Shown piece after piece: positions 48,155-57,820 of a stretch of 64,000 nucleotides of DNA. The stretch is from an uncultured Ectothiorhodospiraceae bacterium (GTDB lineage Bacteria > Pseudomonadota > Gammaproteobacteria > JAABTG01). The translations under genes and the position numbers were made by a program. The stretch lies in assembly GCA_937867305.1 (NCBI GenBank), contig CALMKJ010000025.1:12196-76195 (forward strand), given 5' to 3'. Position 1 is the first letter of the stretch, and the number at the start of each line of letters is the position of its first letter. The notes below the pieces were generated by a model, which saw only the letters and a list, made by a program, of their open reading frames with translations, did no database searches and was not told the origin of the DNA.

Positions 48155-49063
48155 CTATTTCTTTTCCACCGCGTGCCCGCCGAAGGCGTTGCGCATCATG
48201 GCCAGCAGGCGGTTGGCGTAGTCGCCCCGACCCTGGCTCGCGAAGCGCATGGCGAGCGCGAGGTTGATGACCGGGGTGGGGGTGCCCTGGTCGATGGACT
48301 CCACGGCGGTCCACCGCCCCTCGCCGGAGTCCGCCACGACGGGCGCGACGCCCTCCAGGGACGGGTCCTCGGAGAGCACATCGGCCGTGAGGTCCAGGAG
48401 CCAGCTCCGCACCACCGACCCGTGCTGCCACACCTCGGCGACGCGGGCGAGGTCGATCCCGAACTCCGTCTTGCCCTTCAGCAGCGCGAAACCCTCCGCC
48501 ATGGCCTGCATCATGCCGTACTCGATCCCGTTGTGGACCATCTTGGTGAAGTGGCCCGCCCCGACCGGACCCACCCGGGCCCACCCGCGGTCGGGCGCCG
48601 GCGCCAGGACCTTCAAGGCGGGCTCCAGGACGGCGACCGCCTCGGGGTCCCCCCCCACCATCAGGCTGTAGCCGTTCTCCAGCCCCCAGACTCCCCCGGA
48701 GGTGCCGGCGTCGACGTAGCGCAGACCGTGGCCAGCGACGCGTGCGGCGCGGCGTTGGGTGTCGTGATAGTTGGAGTTGCCGCCGTCCACGAGGATGTCG
48801 CCCGGGTCCAGCAGGTCCACGAGCGTCTCCACGTGTTCCTCCGTGACGCGGCCTGCCGGCAGCATCAGCCACACGACCCGCGGGCTGGCGAGCCTGGACA
48901 CGGCGTCCGCAGGGGAGAGGGCCGGGATCAGGCCCTCTTCGCGCGCGAGCTCGTCCACCACCGCGGCGGAGCGGTTGTGGCCAACCACCTCGATTCCGCC
49001 GCGGAGCAGACGCCGCGCCATGTTGCCGCCCATCCGGCCGAGGCCGAGCATCGCAAGTCTCAT
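48155..49063 (-). CDS. gnd: 6-phosphogluconate dehydrogenase, decarboxylating (short type)
   Basis: GLGRMG, DGGNS, DAGTSGG, KMVHNGIEYG, DSGEGRWT, MRNAFGGH. Confidence 0.94.
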   Translation of the reverse strand: MRLAMLGLGRMGGNMARRLLRGGIEVVGHNRSAAVVDELAREEGLIPALSPADAVSRLASPRVVWLMLPAGRVTEEHVETLVDLLDPGDILVDGGNSNYHDTQRRAARVAGHGLRYVDAGTSGGVWGLENGYSLMVGGDPEAVAVLEPALKVLAPAPDRGWARVGPVGAGHFTKMVHNGIEYGMMQAMAEGFALLKGKTEFGIDLARVAEVWQHGSVVRSWLLDLTADVLSEDPSLEGVAPVVADSGEGRWTAVESIDQGTPTPVINLALAMRFASQGRGDYANRLLAMMRNAFGGHAVEKK

Positions 49064-49090
49064 GAAGTGTCTCCTCTCTCCTCGATGGGG

Positions 49091-50794
49091 CTAGCAGCGC
49101 TGCCGCTCGCCCAGACCTCTGACCCGGCGCCACAGGTGCCCGCAAGCCAGCTGCTCGCCTGTCATCACGTAGGCGAGGCTGGTGCAATAGGTGCAAGTCC
49201 AGCTCATCCGGTCCGGGACGCCCCATCCGCCAGCGAACAGAACCTCCTGTCCCTCGTGAAGTCTCGTCTGCGGGTCGGGCACGAGCTCGAGGGCCCCGTC
49301 CTGACTCAGCATCAGCGGGACGGCCGCCAGCTCCTGGCCCCGGTCCCTGGGGTCGCGCAGCAGGTGTGCCAGGCGCAGGTCCTTGCCCTGACGAAGGGCC
49401 GCCATGAGGGCGGGGCTGGTCTCGTCCGCGACGCGGACCGACCAGATGTCCGGCACCACGGACCCGATCAGACTGGCGAGACGTTCCACCAGGGCTTCGG
49501 CCCACGCCCGCGGCTGGCTGCGGGCGAGCACCAGGAAACGGGATAGCAGCGGCGTCGTGACGAGGGCCAGGACTTCGTGGCCCATGATGAGCCCACGCTG
49601 CATGACCAGGTCCGTGCGCGCCGCCTGGAACACCCCGTCGTTGGCCCGGCGATTCTGGCGTGCGACCAGGAACAGCTTCGGGTTCAGGGCCTGCGCCGTC
49701 ATCAGGATCGACAGGTTGTCGGCATCGTCGTCCGTCCCCGCCACGATTCCCGCGGCCTCTCTCACGCCCGCCTCGAGCAGCGTGCCGGCCTCGGTACCGC
49801 GCCCGCGCACGCAGTCCCCGCAACCGGTCTTCTCGGGCTCGGCCTCGACGATGCGCGTGGTGACCCCTTCGCCCTCCAGGCGGTGGCGCAACGCCTTTCC
49901 GAATCGCCCGTAGCCACAGAGGATCCAGGTCCCGTGGGGTGGGTAGATGACCGGCTCGAGGTGCGAGCGGGGGACGCCGGTGAGCCACTCGAAGAGCACG
50001 TGGGTCTCCGGCGAGTAGAGCGCCATCGCCAGTCGCTCGGCGAAGGCCTCGAAGGGATTGACGATGAAGTTGGTGCCGAAGGAGGCCATGTTGGCTGCGG
50101 TGTCTGGCGATTCGGCGCGGCAGATCACCGGGGTCTTCGGGGCCATCAGCTTCGCCGTGATGGCGACCGTCAGGTTGACCCGGTCGCGGTTGGTGAGGGC
50201 GAGGACCGCGGCGCAGTGTGCGTGGCGCAGCCCGCCCTCCACGAGGTGGCGCGGCACGCCCGCGTCGGCGGCCAGGGCAGGTACGTCGACGCCGAGCTCG
50301 TCGACCCGCAGCGCGCTGATGCGATCGGGGTCCACGTCGATCACGACGGCGCGCAGCCCGCGCTCCACCAGGCTGCGCACCAGCAGGCTGCCGGTGTCGC
50401 CGTAGCCGCAGACGAGATAGAACGGCTCGCGCAGCCGGCGCACTGCGCGTGTGAACCTCGTCTCGCGGAAGGCGCGCTGCAACGCGGGGTCCTGCATCAG
50501 TGCGACGATGCTGCCGAGGGCGTAGAACCAGGTGATGACCGTGATGTACACGGAAAAGGTCATCCACATCCGCTGTCCCGGCGTGAAGAGGTACGGCAGC
50601 TCGCCAAAGCCGATGGTGGTCGCGGTGTAGGTGACGACGTAGAAGGCGGAGAGGAAATCCATGCGCCACGGATTTCCCTTGTCGTCCAGACCGGGGATCA
50701 GGACGAAGCCCAGTATCGCGATTGCGCAGGTGACGATGAGCGCCAGCAGCGGCGCCCGCAGACGCCGCAGGACCAACGCAGTTACACGGGTCAC
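49091..50794 (-). CDS. Potassium channel with tandem RCK (TrkA-N) domains
   Basis: TM, pore TATTIGFGE, TM; two Rossmann-like motifs (CGYGDTG, CGYGRFG). Confidence 0.85.
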   Translation of the reverse strand: MTRVTALVLRRLRAPLLALIVTCAIAILGFVLIPGLDDKGNPWRMDFLSAFYVVTYTATTIGFGELPYLFTPGQRMWMTFSVYITVITWFYALGSIVALMQDPALQRAFRETRFTRAVRRLREPFYLVCGYGDTGSLLVRSLVERGLRAVVIDVDPDRISALRVDELGVDVPALAADAGVPRHLVEGGLRHAHCAAVLALTNRDRVNLTVAITAKLMAPKTPVICRAESPDTAANMASFGTNFIVNPFEAFAERLAMALYSPETHVLFEWLTGVPRSHLEPVIYPPHGTWILCGYGRFGKALRHRLEGEGVTTRIVEAEPEKTGCGDCVRGRGTEAGTLLEAGVREAAGIVAGTDDDADNLSILMTAQALNPKLFLVARQNRRANDGVFQAARTDLVMQRGLIMGHEVLALVTTPLLSRFLVLARSQPRAWAEALVERLASLIGSVVPDIWSVRVADETSPALMAALRQGKDLRLAHLLRDPRDRGQELAAVPLMLSQDGALELVPDPQTRLHEGQEVLFAGGWGVPDRMSWTCTYCTSLAYVMTGEQLACGHLWRRVRGLGERQRC

Positions 50795-50807
50795 GGTACC
50801 AACCCCC

Positions 50808-51191
50808 TCAGCGCCGCAGCATCACCGTCTCGATGATCAGCAGCACGACCGAGATGACGTTGGCGATCACGGCCCCCCCGGCGAGGGCGACCACGCTCGC
50901 GACGGCTTCCGGCGCGGCGGCGTCGGCCGCGACGTTTACCGAATAGCCCCAGGCAATGGCCGCCGCCACCAGGCCGAGGTCGGCCACGAGGCTGGTCGCC
51001 AGCATCACGGCCCCCACCTGCGTGCGGTCCCCGAACTTCAGTACGGTGGCGATCAGGCTCACGACGATCGCCGCGAAGAGCTCGTAGACGTTGTGGTGGG
51101 CGGGGTTGTCGATATCGCCCATCACGAACCCGAAATTCAATGACAGGGCCAGGATGACGAAGAAGCCGAAGGCGACCTTTTCCTGATTCAT
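50808..51191 (-). CDS. Small conserved membrane protein (DUF6394-like)
   Basis: EKVAFGFFVILALSLNFGF, KFGDRTQVGAVMLATSLVADL; several TM helices; 13 nt upstream of the channel gene. Confidence 0.7.
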   Translation of the reverse strand: MNQEKVAFGFFVILALSLNFGFVMGDIDNPAHHNVYELFAAIVVSLIATVLKFGDRTQVGAVMLATSLVADLGLVAAAIAWGYSVNVAADAAAPEAVASVVALAGGAVIANVISVVLLIIETVMLRR

Positions 51192-51360
51192 GGTTGGGGC
51201 TCTCCCTGAAGGTATTGGGGCTCTCGCTGGAGTTGGGGGGTGAGGCCGGTCTCGCCGGCGAAGCCGCAGCGCGCGGTGCGCCCGGAGTGGCGAGACCCGG
51301 TCGCCGCGGTCGAGTGTCTGAGGTCGCGCGGATTCATGGCGGTCGAGGGAGGACCCTTCG

Positions 51361-51432
51361 ATTCTAGCAGCCCCACGGCGCGGACCCGCAGCCGTACCGC
51401 CTGGTCCCCAGGCCGGCTGGGCTTGCTAGAAT
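51361..51432. promoter_or_regulatory. Back-to-back extended -10 elements (TGCTAGAAT) on both strands
   Basis: ATTCTAGCA at 51361-51369 (minus strand) and TGCTAGAAT at 51424-51432 (plus strand), between divergent genes. Confidence 0.5.
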
Positions 51433-51477
51433 CCCGGGACGGCTCATCCAGGGGAACCGGCGGGGGAGGGGAGCGAC

Positions 51478-51951
51478 GTGCAGCAGAAGACCATGTCCGA
51501 CTCGGAGCTCTGGGGCCCACTGCACCGGCTGACCATGACCACCATGGTCCGGCTGAACGGCCTGGCCCACCTGTTCATCGGGCTGGGTCTGGCCGGCGCG
51601 GTGGTGATGTTCACCTGGCTGTTCGTCGTGGACGTGGAGCGCGCGTTCCGCGCCGCCAGTCTGGCCCAGGGTTTTCTGCACGCCCTGGGCACCCTGCTGC
51701 TGTTGTGGACGGTCTCGGCGCTCATCTCGGCCGAGATCCGCTACCTGCGCGGGAACCCGCTGACGGTGGACACCTTCGTCGAGGTGGCCCTGGTCGTGAT
51801 CGTGCGGAAACTGATCTCGCTGCCCGTGCAGGAGGTCGCCCCGGCGCCCCTGGACTACCTGGCGTGGGTCGGGGCCGCGCTGCTGCTGGGTGTGCTCTAC
51901 CTGGTGGTTCGCCTCGGGCAAGGCCTGGCCCAGGGCAACTCGTCCACCTGA
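51478..51951 (+). CDS. PsiE-like four-TM membrane protein
   Basis: ALGTLLLLWTVSALISAEIRYL, FVEVALVVIVRKLI. Confidence 0.65.
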   Translation: MQQKTMSDSELWGPLHRLTMTTMVRLNGLAHLFIGLGLAGAVVMFTWLFVVDVERAFRAASLAQGFLHALGTLLLLWTVSALISAEIRYLRGNPLTVDTFVEVALVVIVRKLISLPVQEVAPAPLDYLAWVGAALLLGVLYLVVRLGQGLAQGNSST

Positions 51952-52000
51952 GCGCGGGGCCTGGCGTGTCAGCGCGCAGCGTCCCCCGCGAGGGCCGTCG

Positions 52001-54799
52001 ATGAGGTTGCTGCTCATCGTCCTCATCCCCCTCCTCGGGGCGTGGCTCCCGGCGCTCGCGGGACGCTGGGGGCGTGACGCGAGTGCCTGGACGGCCGCGG
52101 GTCTCGCCGCCACGGCGTTGGGGCTGACCGCGAGCGCCGGACCCGGGGTGTTCGACGGCCAGGCGCCGGCCGCCGCCTGGCCGTGGCTCCCGGCCCTCGG
52201 ACTCGAAGTGGCCCTGCGCATGGACGGGCTTGCGCTGCTCTTCGCCCTGCTCATTCCCGGGATCGGCCTGCTGGTGGTGCTGTACGCCCGCTACTACCTG
52301 GCCGAGGACGAGCCCATGGGCCGCTTCTACGCCCAGCTCTCGCTGTTCATGGGGGCCATGCTGGGCGTCGTGCTCGCGGACAACCTGCTCCTGCTCCTGG
52401 TCTTCTGGGAGCTGACGAGCCTGAGCTCTTTCCTCCTCATCGGCTTCTGGCATCACCGGGACGACGCCCGCCAGGGCGCGCGGATGGCGTTGATCGTCAC
52501 CGGGGGTGGAGGCCTGGCGCTACTCGCCGGCTTCCTTCTGCTCGGGGAGATGACGGGGAGCTACTCCCTCAGCGAGGTGCTCGCTTCCGGCGACGCCGTG
52601 AGGACCCACCCGCTCTATCCCGCGGCGTTGGTGCTGATCCTGCTCGGTGCCTTCACCAAGTCCGCGCAGTTTCCTTTCCATTTCTGGCTGCCCCAGGCCA
52701 TGGCGGCGCCGACCCCGGTCAGCGCGTACCTGCATTCGGCCACGATGGTCAAGGCCGGGGTGTTCCTGCTCGCGCGCCTGTTCCCGGTCCTCTCGGGCAC
52801 CGACCTCTGGCTGTTCCTCGTGGCCGGCACCGGTCTCGCGACCCTGCTCTTTGGAGCCTACACCTCGCTCTTCCAGCACGACGTGAAGGGCCTGCTGGCC
52901 TACTCGACCATCAGCCACCTGGGGCTCATCACCCTGTTGTTCGGCATGGGGACCCCCCTGGGGGCCGTGGCCGGGGTGTTCCACGTCCTGAACCACGCCA
53001 CGTTCAAGGCCTCGCTCTTCATGGCGGCGGGCATCATCGACCACGAGACCGGCACCCGCGACATGCGCAGGCTGAACGGCCTGTGGAGGTACATGCCCCA
53101 CACGGCCAGCCTGGCCACGGTCGCCGCGGCGGCGATGGCCGGTGTGCCGCTGCTGAACGGGTTCCTCAGCAAGGAGATGTTCTTCACCGAGATCCTGGTC
53201 CTCGAGGCGCACCCGGCGGTGGACTGGCTGTTGCCGGGGGCCGCGCTCCTGGCCGGGGTGTTCGCCGTCGCCTATTCGGCCCGGTTCGTTCACGACGTGT
53301 TCTTCAATGGCGAGCCTGTGGACCTGCCGAGGGTTCCCCACGAGCCGCCCGCGTACATGAAGGTGCCGGTGGAGGTCCTGGTGGCCACCTGCCTCCTGGT
53401 GGGGGTGTTCCCTGCGGGCACGGTGGCACCCCTGCTGGCCGTGGCCGCGACCGCCTCGGTGGGGGCGCCCCTGCCGGAGTACAGCCTGCAGGTCTGGCAC
53501 GGGCTCTCCGTACCGTTCGCCATGAGCGTGGCGGCGCTCGTCGGGGGCATCGCCGTCTACGCCGCTCGTCGCCATCTCTTCCGGCTCCACGACACCCTGT
53601 TCCCGCGCGTCGACGCCCGGGCGTGGTTCGAACGCTCCGTGCGTCTCGCCGCCTGGCAGGCGCGCCGCCTCACCGCGGCCCTCGAGAACGGGTCCCTGCA
53701 GGGCTACCTGGCGTGGCTCCTCGCAGGCGCGGTCGTCGCGGTCGCCACGGCCCTGGGCGCGGACGGTGGTCCGCTGGCGGGTCCGCTGCGTGTCGCACCG
53801 GTGGACCCGGTGACGGGTATCGGTGCGCTCGCGATCATCGTGGCGGCCGTCGTGACCGTGGTGCGCCACCGGGAGCGTCTCGTGGCCCTCGTGCACCTGA
53901 GCGTCGTGGGGCTCCTGGTCGCGCTGGGGTTCGCCCGGTTTTCCGGCCCCGACCTGGCGCTGACGCAGCTCTCGGTGGAGGTCGTGACGACCGTGCTCCT
54001 CCTGCTGGCCCTGTACTTCCTGCCGTCGTCCACGCCGCGCGAGTCCTCGCGCCTGCGGCGGGTCCGTGACCTGCTCGTTGCCGCGGGGGTGGGCGGGGGG
54101 GTCGGGTCGCTGACGTGGGCGGTGCTGACCCGTCCCTCCGAGACCCTGTCCGGCTTCTATGTGGACCAGAGCGTCCCGGGGGGCGGCGGAACGAACGTGG
54201 TCAACGTCATCCTGGTGGATTTCCGCGGGTTCGACACGCTGGGGGAGATCACCGTGCTCGGGGTGGCTGCACTCGGTGTGTACGCCCTGCTCGAGCGCCT
54301 CGTGCTGAGGCCGCCGGCGCGCGACGCGGCCGGCCGTGCCTGGGACCGGGACCCTTACCCACTGGTCGCGGCGATCCTGTCGCGGGTCCTCCTGCCGATG
54401 GCTCTCATGGTGTCCCTGTTCCTCCTGCTCCGAGGCCACAACGAGCCGGGCGGGGGGTTCATCGCGGGCCTGGTCACGGCCGCCGCCATCGTCCTGCAGT
54501 TCCTGGCGAGCGGAGTGGCCTGGACCCGGGAGCGCCTGCGGGGCGACGGCGCGGCGCTCATCGGCTGGGGCGTGTCGGTCGCAGCCCTGACGGGACTGGC
54601 GAGCTGGGCCTTCGGGCGGCCGTTCCTCACCTCGGCGCACGGTTACCTCCACCTGCCCCTCGTGGGGGAGGTCCCGCTCGCGAGCGCCATGGTCTTCGAC
54701 CTGGGTGTCTACCTGACCGTGGTGGGGGCGACGGTCCTGATCCTGGCCCGTCTGGGCAGGGTCGCAGTCCTCGGCCGCGCTGCGGAGGGGGAGGGTTGA
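52001..54799 (+). CDS. phaA: Mrp/Pha cation:H+ antiporter subunit A/B fusion
   Basis: FWELTSLSSFLLIG, FTKSAQFPFHFWLP, PTPVSAYLHSATMVKAG, NVVNVILVDFRGFDTLGE, GHNEPGGGF. Confidence 0.93.
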   Translation: MRLLLIVLIPLLGAWLPALAGRWGRDASAWTAAGLAATALGLTASAGPGVFDGQAPAAAWPWLPALGLEVALRMDGLALLFALLIPGIGLLVVLYARYYLAEDEPMGRFYAQLSLFMGAMLGVVLADNLLLLLVFWELTSLSSFLLIGFWHHRDDARQGARMALIVTGGGGLALLAGFLLLGEMTGSYSLSEVLASGDAVRTHPLYPAALVLILLGAFTKSAQFPFHFWLPQAMAAPTPVSAYLHSATMVKAGVFLLARLFPVLSGTDLWLFLVAGTGLATLLFGAYTSLFQHDVKGLLAYSTISHLGLITLLFGMGTPLGAVAGVFHVLNHATFKASLFMAAGIIDHETGTRDMRRLNGLWRYMPHTASLATVAAAAMAGVPLLNGFLSKEMFFTEILVLEAHPAVDWLLPGAALLAGVFAVAYSARFVHDVFFNGEPVDLPRVPHEPPAYMKVPVEVLVATCLLVGVFPAGTVAPLLAVAATASVGAPLPEYSLQVWHGLSVPFAMSVAALVGGIAVYAARRHLFRLHDTLFPRVDARAWFERSVRLAAWQARRLTAALENGSLQGYLAWLLAGAVVAVATALGADGGPLAGPLRVAPVDPVTGIGALAIIVAAVVTVVRHRERLVALVHLSVVGLLVALGFARFSGPDLALTQLSVEVVTTVLLLLALYFLPSSTPRESSRLRRVRDLLVAAGVGGGVGSLTWAVLTRPSETLSGFYVDQSVPGGGGTNVVNVILVDFRGFDTLGEITVLGVAALGVYALLERLVLRPPARDAAGRAWDRDPYPLVAAILSRVLLPMALMVSLFLLLRGHNEPGGGFIAGLVTAAAIVLQFLASGVAWTRERLRGDGAALIGWGVSVAALTGLASWAFGRPFLTSAHGYLHLPLVGEVPLASAMVFDLGVYLTVVGATVLILARLGRVAVLGRAAEGEG

Positions 54800-55149
54800 T
54801 GGAGGCCCTGGTCGCGCTCGTTGCCGGTGTCCTCGCCGCGTGCGGCGTCTACCTCCTGCTGCGGGCCCGCACCTATCCGGTGGTGCTCGGCCTCACCCTG
54901 CTTTCGTACGCCGTGAACGTCCTGTTGTTCGCGATGGGCCGGCTCTCCACCGGTGCCCCGCCCCTCATCGACGCCGCCGCGCCCGGCTATGTCGATCCCC
55001 TGCCGCAGGCCCTGGTCCTGACGGCGATCGTCATCGGTTTCGCCATGACGGCGTTCGTGGTGGTCCTCGCCCTGCGGGCGCTCGCGGACCTCGGCGGGGA
55101 CCATGTGGACGGGCGCCGCTGCCGGGGGCGGGAGAGGGAGCGGCCGTGA
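54799..55149 (+). CDS. phaC: Mrp/Pha antiporter subunit C
   Basis: MEALVAL...LSYAVN...DPLPQALVLTAIVIGFA; ATG overlaps the phaA stop. Confidence 0.92.
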   Translation: MEALVALVAGVLAACGVYLLLRARTYPVVLGLTLLSYAVNVLLFAMGRLSTGAPPLIDAAAPGYVDPLPQALVLTAIVIGFAMTAFVVVLALRALADLGGDHVDGRRCRGRERERP

Positions 55150-56669
55150 GCCACCTGGTGATCTACCCCGTCCTGCTGCCGCTCTTCGCGGGCGTGGTCC
55201 TGCTGCTCGGGGCCGGATGGCCGCTGGCCTGGCAGCGGGCGGTGGGCCTGACCGCCGCCGCCGCACTGGTGCCGCTCTCCCTCCTGCTTCTCGGCACGAC
55301 GCTCGACGGAGGCTACGGGGTCTACGCCCTGGGGGACTGGCCCAGTCCCTTCGCAATCGTCCTGGTGGCCGATCGTCTGAGCGCGACGCTGGTCGCGCTC
55401 ACCTCCGTCCTGGCCCTTTTCGCCCTGCTGCACGCCAGCCGGGGCACGGACACCGAGGGACGCCACTTCCACGCCCTCTTTCAGTTCCAGTTGTTCGGGG
55501 TCGAAGGGGCTTTCCTCACCGGTGACCTGTTCAACCTGTTCGTGTTCTTCGAGGTCCTCCTCATCGCCTCCTACACGCTCCTGCTCCACGGGGGAGGGCG
55601 GGTCCGGACTCGCGCCGCGGTCCACTACGTGGTCCTCAACCTGGTGGGATCGAGCCTCTTCCTCATCGCCGCGGGGGTGCTCTACGGCGTTGCGGGAACC
55701 CTGAATCTGGCGGAGCTGGCGGTACGGGTCGCCGCCCTGCCCCCGGAAGACGTGGGCCTCGCGCGGGCGGGCGGTCTGCTCCTGCTGGTGGTCTTCGGGT
55801 TGAAGGCCGCGCTGCTGCCGTTCCACCTGTGGTTGCCGGCCACCTACGCCGGTGCGGCGGCGCCCGTCGCCGCCCTGTTCGCGATCATGACCAAGGTGGG
55901 TGTGTACGCCATCGTCCGGGTGTTCAACCTGGTGTTCGGCAGCGCGGCGGGCAGCCTTGCGGGCCTGGGGGAGGCCTGGCTCTGGCCGCTTGCCCTGGCG
56001 ACGGTCGTGGTGGGTGCCATCGGTGCGCTCGGCAGCAGGAGCCTGCGCCGACTCGTCGCGTATCTCGTGGTGGTGTCGGTGGGCACCCTGCTCGCGGGGG
56101 TTGCCCTCGGCAGCGGAGCTGCGCTGGCGGCGAGCCTCTTCTACCTGGTGCACAGCACCCTGGTGACCGGGGGCCTCTTCCTGCTGGCCGACGTCATCGG
56201 CCGGCGCCGGGGGCATGCGTCCGACTCGCTGGTCCCGGGCGCGCCATTCCCTCGGCCGCTCGTCCCCGGTGTCCTCTTCCTCTTGCTGGCGGTGGGGATG
56301 GCCGGGCTGCCGCCGTTGGGGGGATTCCTCGGCAAGCTGCTCCTCCTGCAGGCAGCGGTGTCCTCCCCCCGGGCCCCGTGGCTGTTCACGGTGGTGTTGG
56401 GGGCGGGGATCCTCAGCCTGGTCGCGCTCGGTCGCGCCGGCAGCACCCTGTTCTGGCGCCGGAGCGAGCCCCCTGAGCAGGAGGCGGTGGCCCGCGAGCG
56501 CCCCGGTGCGCTTGCTCCCGTGGTGGCCCTGGCCTCCGGTGCCCTCCTGTTCGTGGTGCTGGCGGGCCCGGTCGCGGAGCTCACCCGGGCGACAGCAGCG
56601 CAACTGGCCGAGCCGGCGGGTTTCGTGGACGCGGTGCTCGGGCCGCGGTCCGGGGAGAGGCTCCGGTGA
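55146..56669 (+). CDS. phaD: Mrp/Pha antiporter subunit D
   Basis: FLTGDLFNLFVFFEVLLIASY, LKAALLPFHLWLP, MTKVGVY, GLPPLGGFLGK. Confidence 0.92.
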   Translation: MSHLVIYPVLLPLFAGVVLLLGAGWPLAWQRAVGLTAAAALVPLSLLLLGTTLDGGYGVYALGDWPSPFAIVLVADRLSATLVALTSVLALFALLHASRGTDTEGRHFHALFQFQLFGVEGAFLTGDLFNLFVFFEVLLIASYTLLLHGGGRVRTRAAVHYVVLNLVGSSLFLIAAGVLYGVAGTLNLAELAVRVAALPPEDVGLARAGGLLLLVVFGLKAALLPFHLWLPATYAGAAAPVAALFAIMTKVGVYAIVRVFNLVFGSAAGSLAGLGEAWLWPLALATVVVGAIGALGSRSLRRLVAYLVVVSVGTLLAGVALGSGAALAASLFYLVHSTLVTGGLFLLADVIGRRRGHASDSLVPGAPFPRPLVPGVLFLLLAVGMAGLPPLGGFLGKLLLLQAAVSSPRAPWLFTVVLGAGILSLVALGRAGSTLFWRRSEPPEQEAVARERPGALAPVVALASGALLFVVLAGPVAELTRATAAQLAEPAGFVDAVLGPRSGERLR

Positions 56670-57160
56670 GCCGGTGGCACTTCAGGCCTGTCCTCTCGAG
56701 CACCTTGCTGGTGCTGTGGTTGCTTCTCGTCAACAGCACCTCCCCTGGCCAGATCGTGCTGGGCGGGTCGTTCGCCGTGGTCATTTCCTGGTGGGTGGAG
56801 CCCTTCTGGCCCCCCCACCGGCGGACCTGCCGGGTGCGGCGCCTGGTGGGTTTCGCGGGGCTCGTGCTGGCGGACATCGTGCGGGCGAATTTCAGGGTCG
56901 CGGCGCTGATCCTGGGGGCCCCCGAGAGGCTGCGGCCGGCCTTCGTCGAGGTCCCTCTCGACCTGACCGACGAGCTCGCCATCGCGACCCTGGCCAGCAT
57001 CATCTCGCTGGCGCCGGGCACCGTGTCCGCCAGGGTCAGCGCAGACCGGCGGAAGATCCTGGTGCACGGGCTGGATGTCGCCGACGGTCCCGCCCTCGTG
57101 GCGGAGCTCAAGGAGCGCTACGAGGCGCCCCTGAAGGAGATCCTGGAATGCTCGATCTAG
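56666..57160 (+). CDS. phaE: Mrp/Pha antiporter subunit E
   Basis: LWLLLVNS, ISLAPGTVS, LVHGLD, KERYEAPLKEI. Confidence 0.9.
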   Translation: MSRWHFRPVLSSTLLVLWLLLVNSTSPGQIVLGGSFAVVISWWVEPFWPPHRRTCRVRRLVGFAGLVLADIVRANFRVAALILGAPERLRPAFVEVPLDLTDELAIATLASIISLAPGTVSARVSADRRKILVHGLDVADGPALVAELKERYEAPLKEILECSI

Positions 57161-57417
57161 CGGTGGCGTTGTCCTTCGGTATGCTGGGGGTTGCCCTCCT
57201 GCTCAATCTCTGGCGGCTCGTGCGCGGTCCCGAGCTCCCCGACCGGGTACTGGCCCTCGACACCCTGTACGTCAATGCCATTGGGCTGATCCTGTTGCTC
57301 GACGTGCACCTGGACCGGGCGGTCAACTTCGAGGCCGCGCTCGTCATCGCGATGATGGGCTTCGTCGGGACCCTGGCGTTCTCGAAGTTCCTGCTGCGCG
57401 GCGACATCATCGAGTAG
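57148..57417 (+). CDS. phaF: Mrp/Pha antiporter subunit F
   Basis: RGPELPDRVLALDTL, GFVGTLAFSKFLLRGDIIE. Confidence 0.9.
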   Translation: MLDLAVALSFGMLGVALLLNLWRLVRGPELPDRVLALDTLYVNAIGLILLLDVHLDRAVNFEAALVIAMMGFVGTLAFSKFLLRGDIIE

Positions 57418-57469
57418 GGGGAGAGAGGATCGGGTCGCAGGCAGATCCAGTACGCGGGGGGACCGGGGG

Positions 57470-57820
57470 ATGGAATCGGCGATGTGGGGAGTGGAGGTTC
57501 TGGTATCGGTGCTGCTGTTGGCGGGGGCCGGCTTCGCCCTGGTGGGCTCGATCGGCCTTGCGCGGTTGCCGGACTTCTTCATGCGCCTGCACGCCCCCAC
57601 CAAGGCCACGACCCTCGGCGTCGGGGCGATGATGCTGGGCTCGGCGGTCCACTTCGGTGTCCGTGGAGATGGCCTGAGCCTTCACGAGCTTCTGCTGAGC
57701 GTCTTCCTCTTCGTTACCGCGCCCGTCAGTGCCCACCTCCTGGCCAAGGCGGCGCTGCATCTGAAGATCTCCACGCGATCCAGGCCCGTCAGCGAATCAC
57801 GTACAGCAGCACCGCCATGA
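57470..57820 (+). CDS. phaG: Mrp/Pha antiporter subunit G
   Basis: GLARLPDFFMRLHAPTKATTLG, TAPVSAHLLAKAA. Confidence 0.9.
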   Translation: MESAMWGVEVLVSVLLLAGAGFALVGSIGLARLPDFFMRLHAPTKATTLGVGAMMLGSAVHFGVRGDGLSLHELLLSVFLFVTAPVSAHLLAKAALHLKISTRSRPVSESRTAAPP

